Shown here: positions 38,488 through 51,753 of the stretch, piece after piece
Layout of the letters: each line of letters opens with the position of its first letter
Numbering within the stretch: the stretch's first letter is position 1
Assembly (NCBI GenBank): GCA_046290465.1
Contig: JBKAGP010000001.1
Location: 448,001 to 512,000, forward strand
Length of the DNA stretch: 64,000 nucleotides
DNA from: Planctomycetota bacterium
GTDB taxonomy: Bacteria > Planctomycetota > UBA1135 > UBA2386
Direction: 5' to 3'
The notes under the pieces: model-generated
What the model was told of the DNA's origin: nothing
The model's input: the letters and a program-made list of their open reading frames with translations, nothing else
Databases searched by the model: none
Position numbers and translations under genes: made by a program

Positions 38488-40299
38488 ATGGCCCACGAAC
38501 GTGCTCCCTGGCAGCGTACCCACACCTGCGGCGACCTGAACCTCTCCAACGAGGGCGAGATCGTCGTGCTGAACGGCTGGATCGAGAACCACCGCGATCA
38601 CGGCCAGCTGGTGTTCGTCGACCTGCGCGACCGCTACGGCGTCACCCAGGTCACCGCGCACGGGGAGAACGAGGGCATCGTCGACGGCGCGCTCGAGCTG
38701 CTGCAGCGCCTCGGCGCCGAGGACGTGGTGTCGATCCGCGGCAAGGTCCGCCGCCGCGAGGGCGACAAGGTCAACAAGGCCCGTTCGACCGGCGAGATCG
38801 AGGTGCTGGTGCAGGAGGTCACGATCCTCAACGAGTCGCAGACGCCGCCGTTCGAGGTGCTCGACGACGTCGAGGCCAACGAGGAGCTGCGCATGCGCTA
38901 CCGCTACCTCGACCTGCGCCGCCGGCCGCTGCAGGAGGCGCTGATCAAGCGCTCGAAGTTCACCACCGCGGTGCGAACCTACCTGCAGGAGAACGGGTTC
39001 ATCGACATCGAAACCCCGATCCTGACCAACTCCACGCCCGAAGGCGCGCGCGACTACCTGGTGCCGAGCCGCGTGCACCCGGGCAAGTTCTACGCGCTGC
39101 CGCAGAGCCCGCAGGTGCTCAAGCAGATCTGCATGATCTCGGGCGTCGACCGCTACTACCAGATCGCGCGCTGCTTCCGCGACGAGGACCTGCGCGCCGA
39201 CCGCCAGCCGGAGTTCACCCAGGTCGACCTCGAGATGTCGTTCGTCGAGGAGGACGACGTGCTCGACCTGGTCGAACGCACGGTCGTGCACGCGTTCAAG
39301 GAGGGCTTCGACATCGACCTGCCGACGCCGTTCCCGCGCATGAGCTTCGAGGAGGCGATCGAACGCTACGGCAGCGACAAGCCCGACCTGCGGTTCGGCA
39401 TGGAGCTGGTCGACCTGACCGAGCACGCCAGCAACTCGGCGTTCAAGGTGTTCGCCGGCGCGGTCGAGACCGGCGGCATCGTCAAGGGCATCTGCGCCAA
39501 GGGCGCCGCCGAAGGCTACAGCCGCAAGAAGATCGACGCGCTGACGAAGCACGCGCAGGAGTACGGCGCCAAGGGCCTCGCGTGGGCCAAGATCTCGGAC
39601 AAGGGCGTCGAAGGCTCGATCGCCAAGTTCTACGAGGGCGAGGCCGGCCAGGAACTGATCCGCCTGATGGGGGCCGAGCCCGGCGACCTGCTGCTGTTCG
39701 GCGCCGACCAGGACAAGGTCGTGCACCGCGCGCTCGGCGAGGTGCGCCTCAAGGTCGGCACCGACCTCGGCCTGCGCGACCCCAAGACGTTCCGCTGCGC
39801 CTGGGTGCTGAACTTCCCGATGTTCGAGTGGAACGAGGACCACCAGCGCTGGCAGTACGCGCACAACCCGTTCTCGGCGCCGGTCGACTGGGACAACACC
39901 GACTTCGAGACCGACAGCGAGTCGCACCGCAGCCGCGCCTACGACTTCGTGATGAACGGCTGGGAGCTCGGCTCGGGCTCGATTCGGATCCACCGTCCGG
40001 AGATCCAGAAGAAGGTGTTCGACTTCCTCGGCATCAGCGAGGCGGAGCAGCAGCGCAACTTCGGCTACATGCTCGAGGCCTACAAGTATGGCGGCCCGCC
40101 GCACGGCGGCATCGCGCTCGGCCTCGACCGCATGGTCGCGCTGGCGCTCGGCCGCGACGGCATCCGCGACGTGATCGCGTTCCCGAAGACGTCGATGGCG
40201 GTCGACCTGATGAGCCAGGCGCCGAGCCGCGTCTCACCGGAGCAGATGGCCGAGCTGCAGATCCTCAGCACGGCCAAGAAGGACGGCGAGGAGTCGTAG
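38488..40299 (+). CDS. aspS: Aspartate--tRNA ligase (probably non-discriminating)
   Basis: RTHTCG, RDHG..FVDLRD, RYRYLDLR, TPEGARDY, FRDEDLRADRQPEF, PPHGGIALGLDR. Confidence 0.97.
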   Translation: MAHERAPWQRTHTCGDLNLSNEGEIVVLNGWIENHRDHGQLVFVDLRDRYGVTQVTAHGENEGIVDGALELLQRLGAEDVVSIRGKVRRREGDKVNKARSTGEIEVLVQEVTILNESQTPPFEVLDDVEANEELRMRYRYLDLRRRPLQEALIKRSKFTTAVRTYLQENGFIDIETPILTNSTPEGARDYLVPSRVHPGKFYALPQSPQVLKQICMISGVDRYYQIARCFRDEDLRADRQPEFTQVDLEMSFVEEDDVLDLVERTVVHAFKEGFDIDLPTPFPRMSFEEAIERYGSDKPDLRFGMELVDLTEHASNSAFKVFAGAVETGGIVKGICAKGAAEGYSRKKIDALTKHAQEYGAKGLAWAKISDKGVEGSIAKFYEGEAGQELIRLMGAEPGDLLLFGADQDKVVHRALGEVRLKVGTDLGLRDPKTFRCAWVLNFPMFEWNEDHQRWQYAHNPFSAPVDWDNTDFETDSESHRSRAYDFVMNGWELGSGSIRIHRPEIQKKVFDFLGISEAEQQRNFGYMLEAYKYGGPPHGGIALGLDRMVALALGRDGIRDVIAFPKTSMAVDLMSQAPSRVSPEQMAELQILSTAKKDGEES

Positions 40300-40334
40300 G
40301 GGCGCGGACCGAGCTCGGAATGGCTGAGCTCGTG

Positions 40335-40398
40335 GTTGCCCAGATCGGAGTGGCCCAGATCGGAGTGGCCCAGATCGGGGTCACCAGATCGGAATTGC
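40335..40398. repeat. Tandem repeat, ~4 x 15 bp (GGCCCAGATCGGAGT)
   Basis: CCAGATCGG cores at 40340, 40355, 40370 and 40384. Confidence 0.85.
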
Positions 40399-40448
40399 CG
40401 CGCTCGCAGGCGCCTGGATCGGAGCGCTGCTGGCGGCGGCCGGAAAGC

Positions 40449-40631
40449 TCAGAAGCGCGCCAGGAACAACGTCGCCCAGACGGCGAGCGTCGCGAGCACG
40501 GCGATGTCGCCGAGCTTGTCCTGGAGCGCCTCCACGGCGTCACGCCGCGCTTCGTCGCGGGCGTCGGCGGCCGTGCGGATGCGGGTGTCGTCGGTGGGAG
40601 GTGCGTGCATCATCGTGTCCTTGGCCAACAC
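40449..40631 (-). CDS. Small hypothetical protein with one C-terminal TM helix
   Basis: ...KLGDIAVLATLAVWATLFLARF; start uncertain (ATG near 40613). Confidence 0.5.
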   Translation of the reverse strand: MLAKDTMMHAPPTDDTRIRTAADARDEARRDAVEALQDKLGDIAVLATLAVWATLFLARF

Positions 40632-40727
40632 TTCACATTGGCAGGGTGGGTTTCTTCAATCGGGGGAGCCATGTTATCGGCGTTATCCCGAAAGAAAGAA
40701 AGCAAGAAAGTGAGAAAGGCGACCTAG

Positions 40728-41153
40728 ATGGGCCAGAAGCAGTTGTCGTTCGGGATCTCACCGCCGCTGCACGGCCTGCTGCAGTTCGCCGCCAAAGACC
40801 GCAAGGTGCGGCGGTTGTGGCCGTGGAAGCAGAAGGAGATCGCCGCGGTCGCGCTCGGCGGCTGGGTCTCGCAGCGCGGCGGTAAGGGCCTCGATCGGGA
40901 CGCGCTGGTCAAGCACCTGCCGCAGCCGCCGGAGGAGATCGAGCCCGGCGGCCCGCCGCTCGTGTTCGACCGCGAGCGCTTCGAACCCGGCACCGGCACG
41001 CTGTCGTTCAAGCTGGCTCGTTCGGTCGAGGCTGCGTTCGAGCGGGTCTGCCACGACGTCGGCAGCAAGAAGGGCAAGGCCGTCGCCAAGGCGCTGCGCA
41101 GCTGGCTCGCGGCGAACGGCTACGAAGCGCACCTGGCGGAGTTGGACCTCTGA
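40728..41153 (+). CDS. Hypothetical protein, possible tandem ribbon-helix-helix DNA-binding protein
   Basis: Two strand-helix-helix patterns: KQLSFGISPPLHGLLQFAA... and GTLSFKLARSVEAAFERVC..VG.KKGKAVAKALRSWL. Confidence 0.6.
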   Translation: MGQKQLSFGISPPLHGLLQFAAKDRKVRRLWPWKQKEIAAVALGGWVSQRGGKGLDRDALVKHLPQPPEEIEPGGPPLVFDRERFEPGTGTLSFKLARSVEAAFERVCHDVGSKKGKAVAKALRSWLAANGYEAHLAELDL

Positions 41154-41219
41154 TCGCCGCAGGCGGGGGCCTGTCGCGGTGGTCCAGGGACGACTAGGAT
41201 CCGAGCCGGAAGGAACGCC

Positions 41220-42776
41220 ATGCAACCAAGCTCCGTCGTCCCGGCCGCCCTGCTCGCCCTGGCGGCCACGCACGCGGCCGCCAGCTCGCTGTGCGCGCAG
41301 AGCGTCTACCAGACCCTGCCTCGGCACGGCGTGCCAGCGAGCGCGAACGTCGTCGCCGACGTCGGATCGGCCGTGGTGCCGCTCGACATCGACCAGGACG
41401 GCGACCTCGATCTGTTCGTCGCGCGGCGCCAGGGCACCAGCGGCGCGGCGCAGAACCGGCTGCTGCGCAACGACGGCCAGGGTCGCTTCGAGGACCGCAC
41501 CGCGGCGGCGTTGCCGGCCGTGCTCGACCGCTCCTATGACGCCGTGGCCGGCGACGTCGACGGCGATGGCGACGTCGACCTGGTCACGATCTCGCGGTTC
41601 GGACCGGGGCTGACCGTGCTGCGCAACGACGGCACCGGTGTCTTCACCGCCAGCACGCAGGCGGGCGTCGGCGAAGCGCTGGCGCTCGGTGATGTCGATG
41701 GCGACGGCGACCTCGATGTGGTGGTGGCACCCGACGAAGCCGTGCTGGCCAACGACGGCACCGGCACGTTCACCGCGGTGCCCAACGCGATGCCGGTTCG
41801 CGCCGACGATTCGAGCGACGTGGTGATGGGGGACTTCGACGGTGACGGCGACCTCGATCTGGCGTTCTCCAACCGGATCTACCCCGGCTACTACTATCCG
41901 TACGTCGCCACGCCCGGCACGACGTCGCTCTACCTCAACAACGGCACCGGCACCTTCGTCGACGCGACCGCCGCCAGCGTGCCCGCCCACGGCGGCCGCA
42001 ACGCGGCGCTGGTCGCCGGCGACTGGGACGGCGACGGCGACCTCGATCTGGCGGTGGTCGGCGGCGACCTCTGCGGGCCCGGCTACGGCTGCGGCGAGCA
42101 GATCCGGATCCTCCGCAACGATGGCGCGGCGGGCTTCTCGACGACGACGCTCGGCTTCGCGCGGGCCGGGGACGTGGCGGCTGGGGACATCGACGGCGAT
42201 GGCGACCTCGACCTTGTCGTGGCCGCCGAGCTGGCCTACTACGGCGGCGGCCAGAACCGCGTGCTGCGCAACGACGGTGCCGGCAACTTCGCCGACGTCA
42301 GCCAGGCGTGGTCGCCGAGCACGGCGGTCTGGTCGGCGAGCTGCGCGCTGGCGGATCTGGACGGTGACGGCGACCTCGATCAGGTGGTCGGCAACTGGGG
42401 CGGGGACGAGGTGCTGGTGCACACCCAGCACCAGCTGCACGCGCCGGCCGCACCGCGCCTCGGCCAGACCTACGCGCTCGACGCCTACCTGCGGCGCTGG
42501 CCGTCGAGTCCGCTGGATCGGGCGTGGATCTGGCTGTCGACGCTGCCGGCCCAGCTCCAGCTGCCCTCGTTGGGAACGCTCGGCATCGACCCCAACACCG
42601 CCGCGCCGCTGCCGGCGGTCGCGATCCAGGCCTCGTCGCGCAGCGGCTCGAGCGGATGGCCGATCCCGAACCAGCCGAGCCTGGTCGGCGTGCCGCTGTA
42701 CGCGCAGGCGCTGCTGCTGCACGATCCGTTCGACCTGCGGTTGAGCAACGTCGTGCGCGACGTGATCGGTCCGTAG
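41220..42776 (+). CDS. Secreted FG-GAP/VCBS repeat (beta-propeller) protein
   Basis: Seven D.DGDGD.D repeats, mostly followed by L.NDG.G.F; signal peptide. Confidence 0.92.
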   Translation: MQPSSVVPAALLALAATHAAASSLCAQSVYQTLPRHGVPASANVVADVGSAVVPLDIDQDGDLDLFVARRQGTSGAAQNRLLRNDGQGRFEDRTAAALPAVLDRSYDAVAGDVDGDGDVDLVTISRFGPGLTVLRNDGTGVFTASTQAGVGEALALGDVDGDGDLDVVVAPDEAVLANDGTGTFTAVPNAMPVRADDSSDVVMGDFDGDGDLDLAFSNRIYPGYYYPYVATPGTTSLYLNNGTGTFVDATAASVPAHGGRNAALVAGDWDGDGDLDLAVVGGDLCGPGYGCGEQIRILRNDGAAGFSTTTLGFARAGDVAAGDIDGDGDLDLVVAAELAYYGGGQNRVLRNDGAGNFADVSQAWSPSTAVWSASCALADLDGDGDLDQVVGNWGGDEVLVHTQHQLHAPAAPRLGQTYALDAYLRRWPSSPLDRAWIWLSTLPAQLQLPSLGTLGIDPNTAAPLPAVAIQASSRSGSSGWPIPNQPSLVGVPLYAQALLLHDPFDLRLSNVVRDVIGP

Positions 42777-42785
42777 GCGGTCGGT

Positions 42786-43697
42786 TCAGCCGTGGGCCTG
42801 GCCGTGGCGGCCGGGTTCGACCAGCAGCGGATCGCGGCCGAGCTGCCGTTCGCTCAGGGCGCGCTCGATCGTCTCGAGCACCTGCTCGACGCCGATGTCG
42901 GTCATGCAGCGGCCGCGCGGGTTGGCGGTGCAGCCGGTCTCCTGCATCGCGGCGAAGCAGCGACTCATGCAGTGCAGGCACGGCAGGCCGCTGGCCTCGA
43001 CCGGGTAGACCCTGGCGCCCGGGTGCACGAAGCGCGTTGGCGTGGCCAGCGAGAACAGCGTCACGCACGGCAGGTTGGCGGCCTGCGCGTAGTGGAACGG
43101 CCCGCTGTTGTTGCCGACGAACAGGTTGCAGGCCGACAGCACGGCGGCGGTCTCGCGCATCGTCAGCTTGCCGACCAGGTCGGTGCCGATGCCGAGGCGA
43201 TCCTGGACGCCGATCTCGATCACCTGGGCGCCGGCGTCGTGCAGCGACTGCGCAACCACGCGCCAGTGGTCGAGCGGCCAGTGCCGCAGCGGATCGACGA
43301 AGTCGACGCACAGCGCGACGCGCGGCTTGCCGAGCAGCGGCACGCGCCGCAGCACCTCGAGGTCGTCGGCGGTCAGGTGCAGCCGGGGGCGGCGGTCGCT
43401 GGGCGACACGTCGGCGTAGCTGCACATGTGGTCGATCAGGCTCGGCATCGCCTCGAGGCGTCCGTAGGCCTCGCGGTCCATGTGCGTGAACAGGCGGACC
43501 TCGACGACGTGGTCGAACTGCTGGCCGGGCTGGGCGGGGCCGCTGACCCGCGGGTTGTGCAGCACGTTGCCACACTTGCCGTTGACGAAGATGCGCGTGT
43601 CGTGGCCGAAGCGCTCGACCAGGCCGAGCATCATCGGATCGCTGCACAAGAGGTCGCCCAGGCCCCAGGCGCCCTGGTAGTCGACGAGCACGTCCAC
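42786..43697 (-). CDS. Glycosyltransferase family 9 (heptosyltransferase-like)
   Basis: GLGDLL, RHWP...W, DLVGKLTMRETAAVL, FVGNNSGPFH.A.A, C-terminal Cys cluster. GTG start 2 nt after the upstream stop. Confidence 0.85.
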   Translation of the reverse strand: MDVLVDYQGAWGLGDLLCSDPMMLGLVERFGHDTRIFVNGKCGNVLHNPRVSGPAQPGQQFDHVVEVRLFTHMDREAYGRLEAMPSLIDHMCSYADVSPSDRRPRLHLTADDLEVLRRVPLLGKPRVALCVDFVDPLRHWPLDHWRVVAQSLHDAGAQVIEIGVQDRLGIGTDLVGKLTMRETAAVLSACNLFVGNNSGPFHYAQAANLPCVTLFSLATPTRFVHPGARVYPVEASGLPCLHCMSRCFAAMQETGCTANPRGRCMTDIGVEQVLETIERALSERQLGRDPLLVEPGRHGQAHG

Positions 43698-43699
43698 GC

Positions 43700-45031
43700 T
43701 CAGGCTCCGGTCGGCGATGGCGGTGCCGGGGCGTCGATCGGCTGGGTCGCGTCGATGGCCTGCTCGATGCGGGACAGCACCTGGGCCGGCACGTAGCGCA
43801 GGATGGTCTGCTTGGCGTGCTCGACCATGCCGAGTTCGCGCGCGACGACCAGCGCGCTGGCGACCGTCTCGGTGCGGGTGATGCCCGCCTCGACGGCGTG
43901 CAGCAACGCCGCCAGCGACTGCTTCTTCTTGTTGGACTCGTAGAGCGTCACGCCGAGGTCGGCCCAGGTCTCCGGATCGTCGGCGCCCAGCTCGCGGTGC
44001 TTGCCGATCGCGGCGAGCAGCGCGTGCTCGGCCTCGTCGAGGTTGCCCTGCGCGAAGTAGCGGCGCGCCACGTCGCGGATCGCCTGGGGTTCCATCCACT
44101 GCAGGTAGACGCGCGCGTCGTTGTCCGTGCGGCGGAAGATGTTGCCCTGCTGGTCGCGGAACGCGCCGTGGCCGGAGTTCTCGTGGCACGGATCGCAGTA
44201 GCCGAAGTCGGTGCAGCTGAAGAACTCGCCCATCCGGGGCAGCGGCCGGCACGCGTCGATCTGCGTGATGTTGCCGAACGCGTTCTTCCGTTCGGTCAGG
44301 TGGTACTGGCAGTTGTAGACGTTGCCCTCGGGGTCGATGTTGACCCACGCGCTGGTGCAGTCGATCCGGTACTTGTGGTCGCGGTTGAAGCCCTCGCCCA
44401 TGTGGGTGCCGCGAAACTCGTTGAACTGGTAGATCAAGCCGCGTCGGTCGGCGAGCTGCAGCAGCTTGCGCACGTTGGCGTCGTGCTCGTCGTCGCGGAA
44501 GTGCGGGAACTGCTCGAGGTTGACCATCGAGAAGGTCGGCTCGTCGACGATGCCGCTGTCGCGCAGGCGTTCGGCCTGGTCGAGCCACTTCTCCGGCGCG
44601 CTGAACTTCGGGTGGTAGGTGTGGAAGCTGGTCTTGAACGTCTTGCCGTGCGCGCGCATCTCCTTCGCGAACGCATCGATGTCGAACGTCAGGTTCGACG
44701 TCATGTCGAGGTCGTAGCCCTCGAGGCGGCTGGCGATGAACGCGAAGTCCTTGTGCAGCGACGGCTCGCCACCGGTCAGGATCAGCGGGTGCTCCGGGCG
44801 CACGGGGTAGGCGTTGAGCGACTCGACCCACTCGCGGCCGGACAGCTCCTGGTAGCGACCCCACGGCTTGCGCCGCTGGCCCGGAACCATCTTGGGCTTC
44901 TGGATGCAGTAGTCGCAGGCGAAGTTGCAGCGCGCGGTCAGGTAGGCGACCCACACGTGGATCTCCGGCGTCGGCAACGGGAACTGGGCGGCTGGTGCCA
45001 TAGCGGGGGGTGACTTCTCCAAGTCACCCAT
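43700..45031 (-). CDS. Radical SAM protein with SPASM/twitch-like Cys domain and C-terminal TPR-like helices
   Basis: CNFACDYC, LTGGEPSL, CTSAWVNIDPEGNVYNC, C..FGYCDPC; helical tail WADLGVTLY. Start may be ATG 45001. Confidence 0.85.
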   Translation of the reverse strand: MGDLEKSPPAMAPAAQFPLPTPEIHVWVAYLTARCNFACDYCIQKPKMVPGQRRKPWGRYQELSGREWVESLNAYPVRPEHPLILTGGEPSLHKDFAFIASRLEGYDLDMTSNLTFDIDAFAKEMRAHGKTFKTSFHTYHPKFSAPEKWLDQAERLRDSGIVDEPTFSMVNLEQFPHFRDDEHDANVRKLLQLADRRGLIYQFNEFRGTHMGEGFNRDHKYRIDCTSAWVNIDPEGNVYNCQYHLTERKNAFGNITQIDACRPLPRMGEFFSCTDFGYCDPCHENSGHGAFRDQQGNIFRRTDNDARVYLQWMEPQAIRDVARRYFAQGNLDEAEHALLAAIGKHRELGADDPETWADLGVTLYESNKKKQSLAALLHAVEAGITRTETVASALVVARELGMVEHAKQTILRYVPAQVLSRIEQAIDATQPIDAPAPPSPTGA

Positions 45032-45151
45032 GCCATCGGCGCCCGTGCGGGGCGGACTTGAGGCGAGGCGCAGCCAACCTCCGTTGGCAACGGGCGGCCG
45101 GGGAACGCACGCCGCCGCCGCGCCGGGCGGGATGGCGGCTAGACCGGCGCG

Positions 45152-45952
45152 TCACTCGACGCGCACGTTGCCCTGCCCGTTGTTGTCGATCCGGTTGTCC
45201 TGGTTCAGCACCGCGAGGTCGACGGCTGTGTCGCGGATGCGCACGCCATACTCGACGTTGTCGACGACGTCGTTGTCGAACACGAGCACCATCGCGCTGT
45301 CGCGCAGGCGCACGCCGCTCTGGGCGTTGTCGCGCACGACGCTGGTGCGCAGCGTGACGTCGAGCGCGTCACGCACCTCGACGCCGTGGTCGAGGTTGGA
45401 GGCGACCAGGCAGTCCTCGACGAGCACGTTCTGGGACGCCTCGCGCACCCTCACACCATGGCCGACGTTGTCGACGGCGTCGCAGTTGCGCACGACCACG
45501 TCCGACGAACTGCGCACCTCGATGCCGGTGTCGCCGTTGTCGCGGGCGACGACGCCTTCGACCAGCACGTCGACGCAGCCCCGGACCCGGATGCCGCCGT
45601 CGGGAGCCGACAGCGTCACGTTGCGGACCTCGACTCCCATGGTGTCACGCACCTCGATGGCCGCGTCGTCGAGACCGGCGACGCCGGTCAACACGGTCGC
45701 GCTGCCCTGGCCGACCAGGATGAGCGGTTTGCGGACGACGAGCCGGCCGGAGAACGTGCCTGCGCCGATCGCGACGGTGTCGCCGGCGGCGGCGTCGTTG
45801 ATGGCGCGCTGGACGTCGGCGAGGTCGCCGGCGCGCGCCGGGTCAGTGGACAGGCTGGTCGGCTCGGTCGCCGAGGAACTGCCGCCCGAGCACGCCGGGA
45901 TCAGCAGGAGCAGCAGCGACACGGAACAGGTGGCGAGGATGCGGTTCTTCAT
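45152..45952 (-). CDS. Right-handed parallel beta-helix lipoprotein
   Basis: Lipobox IPA|C; DVQRAINDAAAGDTVAIGAGTF cap; ~23-aa repeats DN...G(I/V).VR. Confidence 0.85.
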   Translation of the reverse strand: MKNRILATCSVSLLLLLIPACSGGSSSATEPTSLSTDPARAGDLADVQRAINDAAAGDTVAIGAGTFSGRLVVRKPLILVGQGSATVLTGVAGLDDAAIEVRDTMGVEVRNVTLSAPDGGIRVRGCVDVLVEGVVARDNGDTGIEVRSSSDVVVRNCDAVDNVGHGVRVREASQNVLVEDCLVASNLDHGVEVRDALDVTLRTSVVRDNAQSGVRLRDSAMVLVFDNDVVDNVEYGVRIRDTAVDLAVLNQDNRIDNNGQGNVRVE

Positions 45953-45967
45953 GGTCGCCGGTCCTCG

Positions 45968-46049
45968 AGCAAGCAACGTGCCGCGACCGAGGCGGCGGTC
46001 GAGCGACCGGAATCCGGGCGCCGCAGGCCGCCGTGCGCCCGGAATCCGG
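45968..46049 (-). promoter_or_regulatory. Sigma54 (-24/-12) promoter CGGCACG-TTGC-TTGCT with two upstream CCGG-N3-CCGG boxes
   Basis: Promoter 45968-45983; boxes 46007-46017 and 46039-46049. Confidence 0.75.
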
Positions 46050-46064
46050 ACACGCCTGCTCTGC

Positions 46065-47744
46065 TCAGCGGGAGACCTGCTGTTCGGGCGCGACCCAGCC
46101 CCACTCGGGCCGGATCCCGAACCGCCCCGGCTGACAGCCCCGCACGCGGCGGTGCATCAGCACGGCGGCGCGCGGATGTGCGACCAGCGCAGCCGGCGCG
46201 AGCTCTGCGGAGCGGGCATGCGCCTGCCGCCAGAGTTCGTTCCGCAGCTCCGGGTCGGGCTGCCGACGCGCCTGCTCGAGCAACGCGTCCAGGGCCGGAT
46301 CGGCGAAGCCACCGTGGTTGTTGGTGCCCTGCGAGTGCAGGAAGCGATGCGGATCCTGCGACGGCAGGAACGACTCGAGCACCAACAGGCCGTCCCAGGC
46401 ACCGGCCCGCAGTTCGGCCAGCAGCGGCGTCAGCGCGCGTTCGCGGACCTCGAGCTGCACGCCCGCGGTGCGCGCCGCGTCGCGGACGAGGTCGACGATC
46501 GCCTCGAGCACCTCGGTGCCGGACAGCGCGAGCAGGCGCAGGCGCAGCGGCGTGCCTGCGCCTGCGTCGAAGCCCGCTCGCCGCAGCTCCGCGCGGGTCG
46601 CGGCGGGATCGAAGGTGCTGGTCGGGCACCCCTGCAGCGCATCGGCGTACGGCTTGGCGTGGCCGCGCGCCGGCTCGAGGTCGCCAAAGCGCTGCTGCAG
46701 CGCCTGGTGGTCGACCAGGCCGGCGAGGGCCCGGCGCACCTCCGGGCGGTCGAACGGCGCGTGCCGTGCGTTCCAGACGATCCGGTAGACGCCGAGCTGC
46801 GGGTAGTCGTAGCGGTGGCGCACGTAGTCGCGGCGGACCTGCTGGTGGGCGGTGAGCAGCGCGTCGAGGTCCTGGCCCGAGTACCAGTCCAGTTCGCCGC
46901 GCAGCAGCGCGTTGCGGGCCGCGGCCTGGTCGCGGAACCGCACCCGCATCGCCGCGAAGTTCCAGCTGCCGGGGCGCACCTGTCGGTGCCAGCTCTGCTC
47001 GTGCCGCACCATCGTGACCCGCTGGCGCGCGCGCCACAGCGAGGTCCCGTCGGCATACATCGAGTACGGCCCGGTGCCGGGACCGGTCTCGCGCCGCAGC
47101 TGGGCGACCAGGTCGGCGAACCGACGGGAGGCGACCGGCGGCATCGACTCGCCCGCGTCGAGTCGTTCGCGGATGCGTTCGAGCAGCCAGGCGCGGCACG
47201 GCACCAGCCAGTTCTCCCCGACCACGCTGGCCGCGTCGAAGTGGTCGCCGGCGAACCGCACCCGCAGCGTGCCGTCGACGACCTCGGCGCTGCGCACGTG
47301 CTGCATCGCGTCGCCGACGAAGCCGAGTTCGAGATGGCCGCCGCGGTGCAGTTCGAACGGCAGCAGCACGTCGTCGGCGGTCAGGGGCGAGCCGTCGCAA
47401 AAGCGCACGCCCGCACGCAGCGGGTAGTCGCAGCCGTGGCCGTCGTCGTGCAGGCGGTAGCTGGTGGCGAGGGCGCCGCGCAGGCTGCCGTCGCGACCGT
47501 CGCGGTCGAGCAAGGTGTCGTGCGTGACCCTGAGGATCAGGTTGCGGGCGGCTGGGCCGCGGCAGGTCAGCGGGTGCACGTCGGCCGGCTCCTCGGCGGC
47601 ACTGGTGTAGACATGGCCCTGCGGTCGCCCGCCGAGCGTGCGCGGGTGGGGGGCGAGGGGCAGGCCGTCGGCGGGGCCGCGCAGCAGCGCGAAGCCGACC
47701 ACCAGCAGCGCCAGTGCCAGCAGGCAGACGAGCACGAACCGCAT
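46065..47744 (-). CDS. ABC transporter substrate-binding protein, family 5 (peptide/nickel type), orphan
   Basis: LRAGVRFCDGSPLTADDV, PGTGPY, PFDRPEVRRALA; N-terminal hydrophobic anchor. Confidence 0.85.
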   Translation of the reverse strand: MRFVLVCLLALALLVVGFALLRGPADGLPLAPHPRTLGGRPQGHVYTSAAEEPADVHPLTCRGPAARNLILRVTHDTLLDRDGRDGSLRGALATSYRLHDDGHGCDYPLRAGVRFCDGSPLTADDVLLPFELHRGGHLELGFVGDAMQHVRSAEVVDGTLRVRFAGDHFDAASVVGENWLVPCRAWLLERIRERLDAGESMPPVASRRFADLVAQLRRETGPGTGPYSMYADGTSLWRARQRVTMVRHEQSWHRQVRPGSWNFAAMRVRFRDQAAARNALLRGELDWYSGQDLDALLTAHQQVRRDYVRHRYDYPQLGVYRIVWNARHAPFDRPEVRRALAGLVDHQALQQRFGDLEPARGHAKPYADALQGCPTSTFDPAATRAELRRAGFDAGAGTPLRLRLLALSGTEVLEAIVDLVRDAARTAGVQLEVRERALTPLLAELRAGAWDGLLVLESFLPSQDPHRFLHSQGTNNHGGFADPALDALLEQARRQPDPELRNELWRQAHARSAELAPAALVAHPRAAVLMHRRVRGCQPGRFGIRPEWGWVAPEQQVSR

Positions 47745-47820
47745 CGACGCCACTATGCAGCAGCCCGGTCGTCGGCGACACCTGTTCGGTGCCACGTCCG
47801 CCCGGTAGCCTCGGCCGGCG

Positions 47821-51588
<3,768 letters not shown>

Positions 51589-51622
51589 GGCGCGGGTCGG
51601 CCCGACGGGACCCCGGTTGGAG

Positions 51623-51706
51623 CGTCCGGGTTCCGGGCACGGCCGCGGCCTCTGTGTGCGGATCCCGGACGTTCCATGCCGTCTTTGAGGTTGGCACGCT
51701 CGTTGC
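51623..51706 (+). promoter_or_regulatory. Sigma54 promoter TGGCACG-CTCG-TTGC with two upstream CCGG-N3-CCGG-type boxes
   Basis: Promoter 51692-51706; boxes 51626-51636 and 51658-51668; AAGGAG SD before ATG 51754. Confidence 0.82.
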
Positions 51707-51753
51707 GCTGGCGGGTTCGTCCACGAAACGAATCGAAACGAAAGGAGTCCGAC

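Noticed and set aside
42786..44954. 722-aa ORF implying a radical SAM-GT9 fusion or frameshift
   Set aside because: The radical SAM gene has its own stop at 43700 and GT9 has a GTG at 43697; the upstream part of this frame is a shadow.
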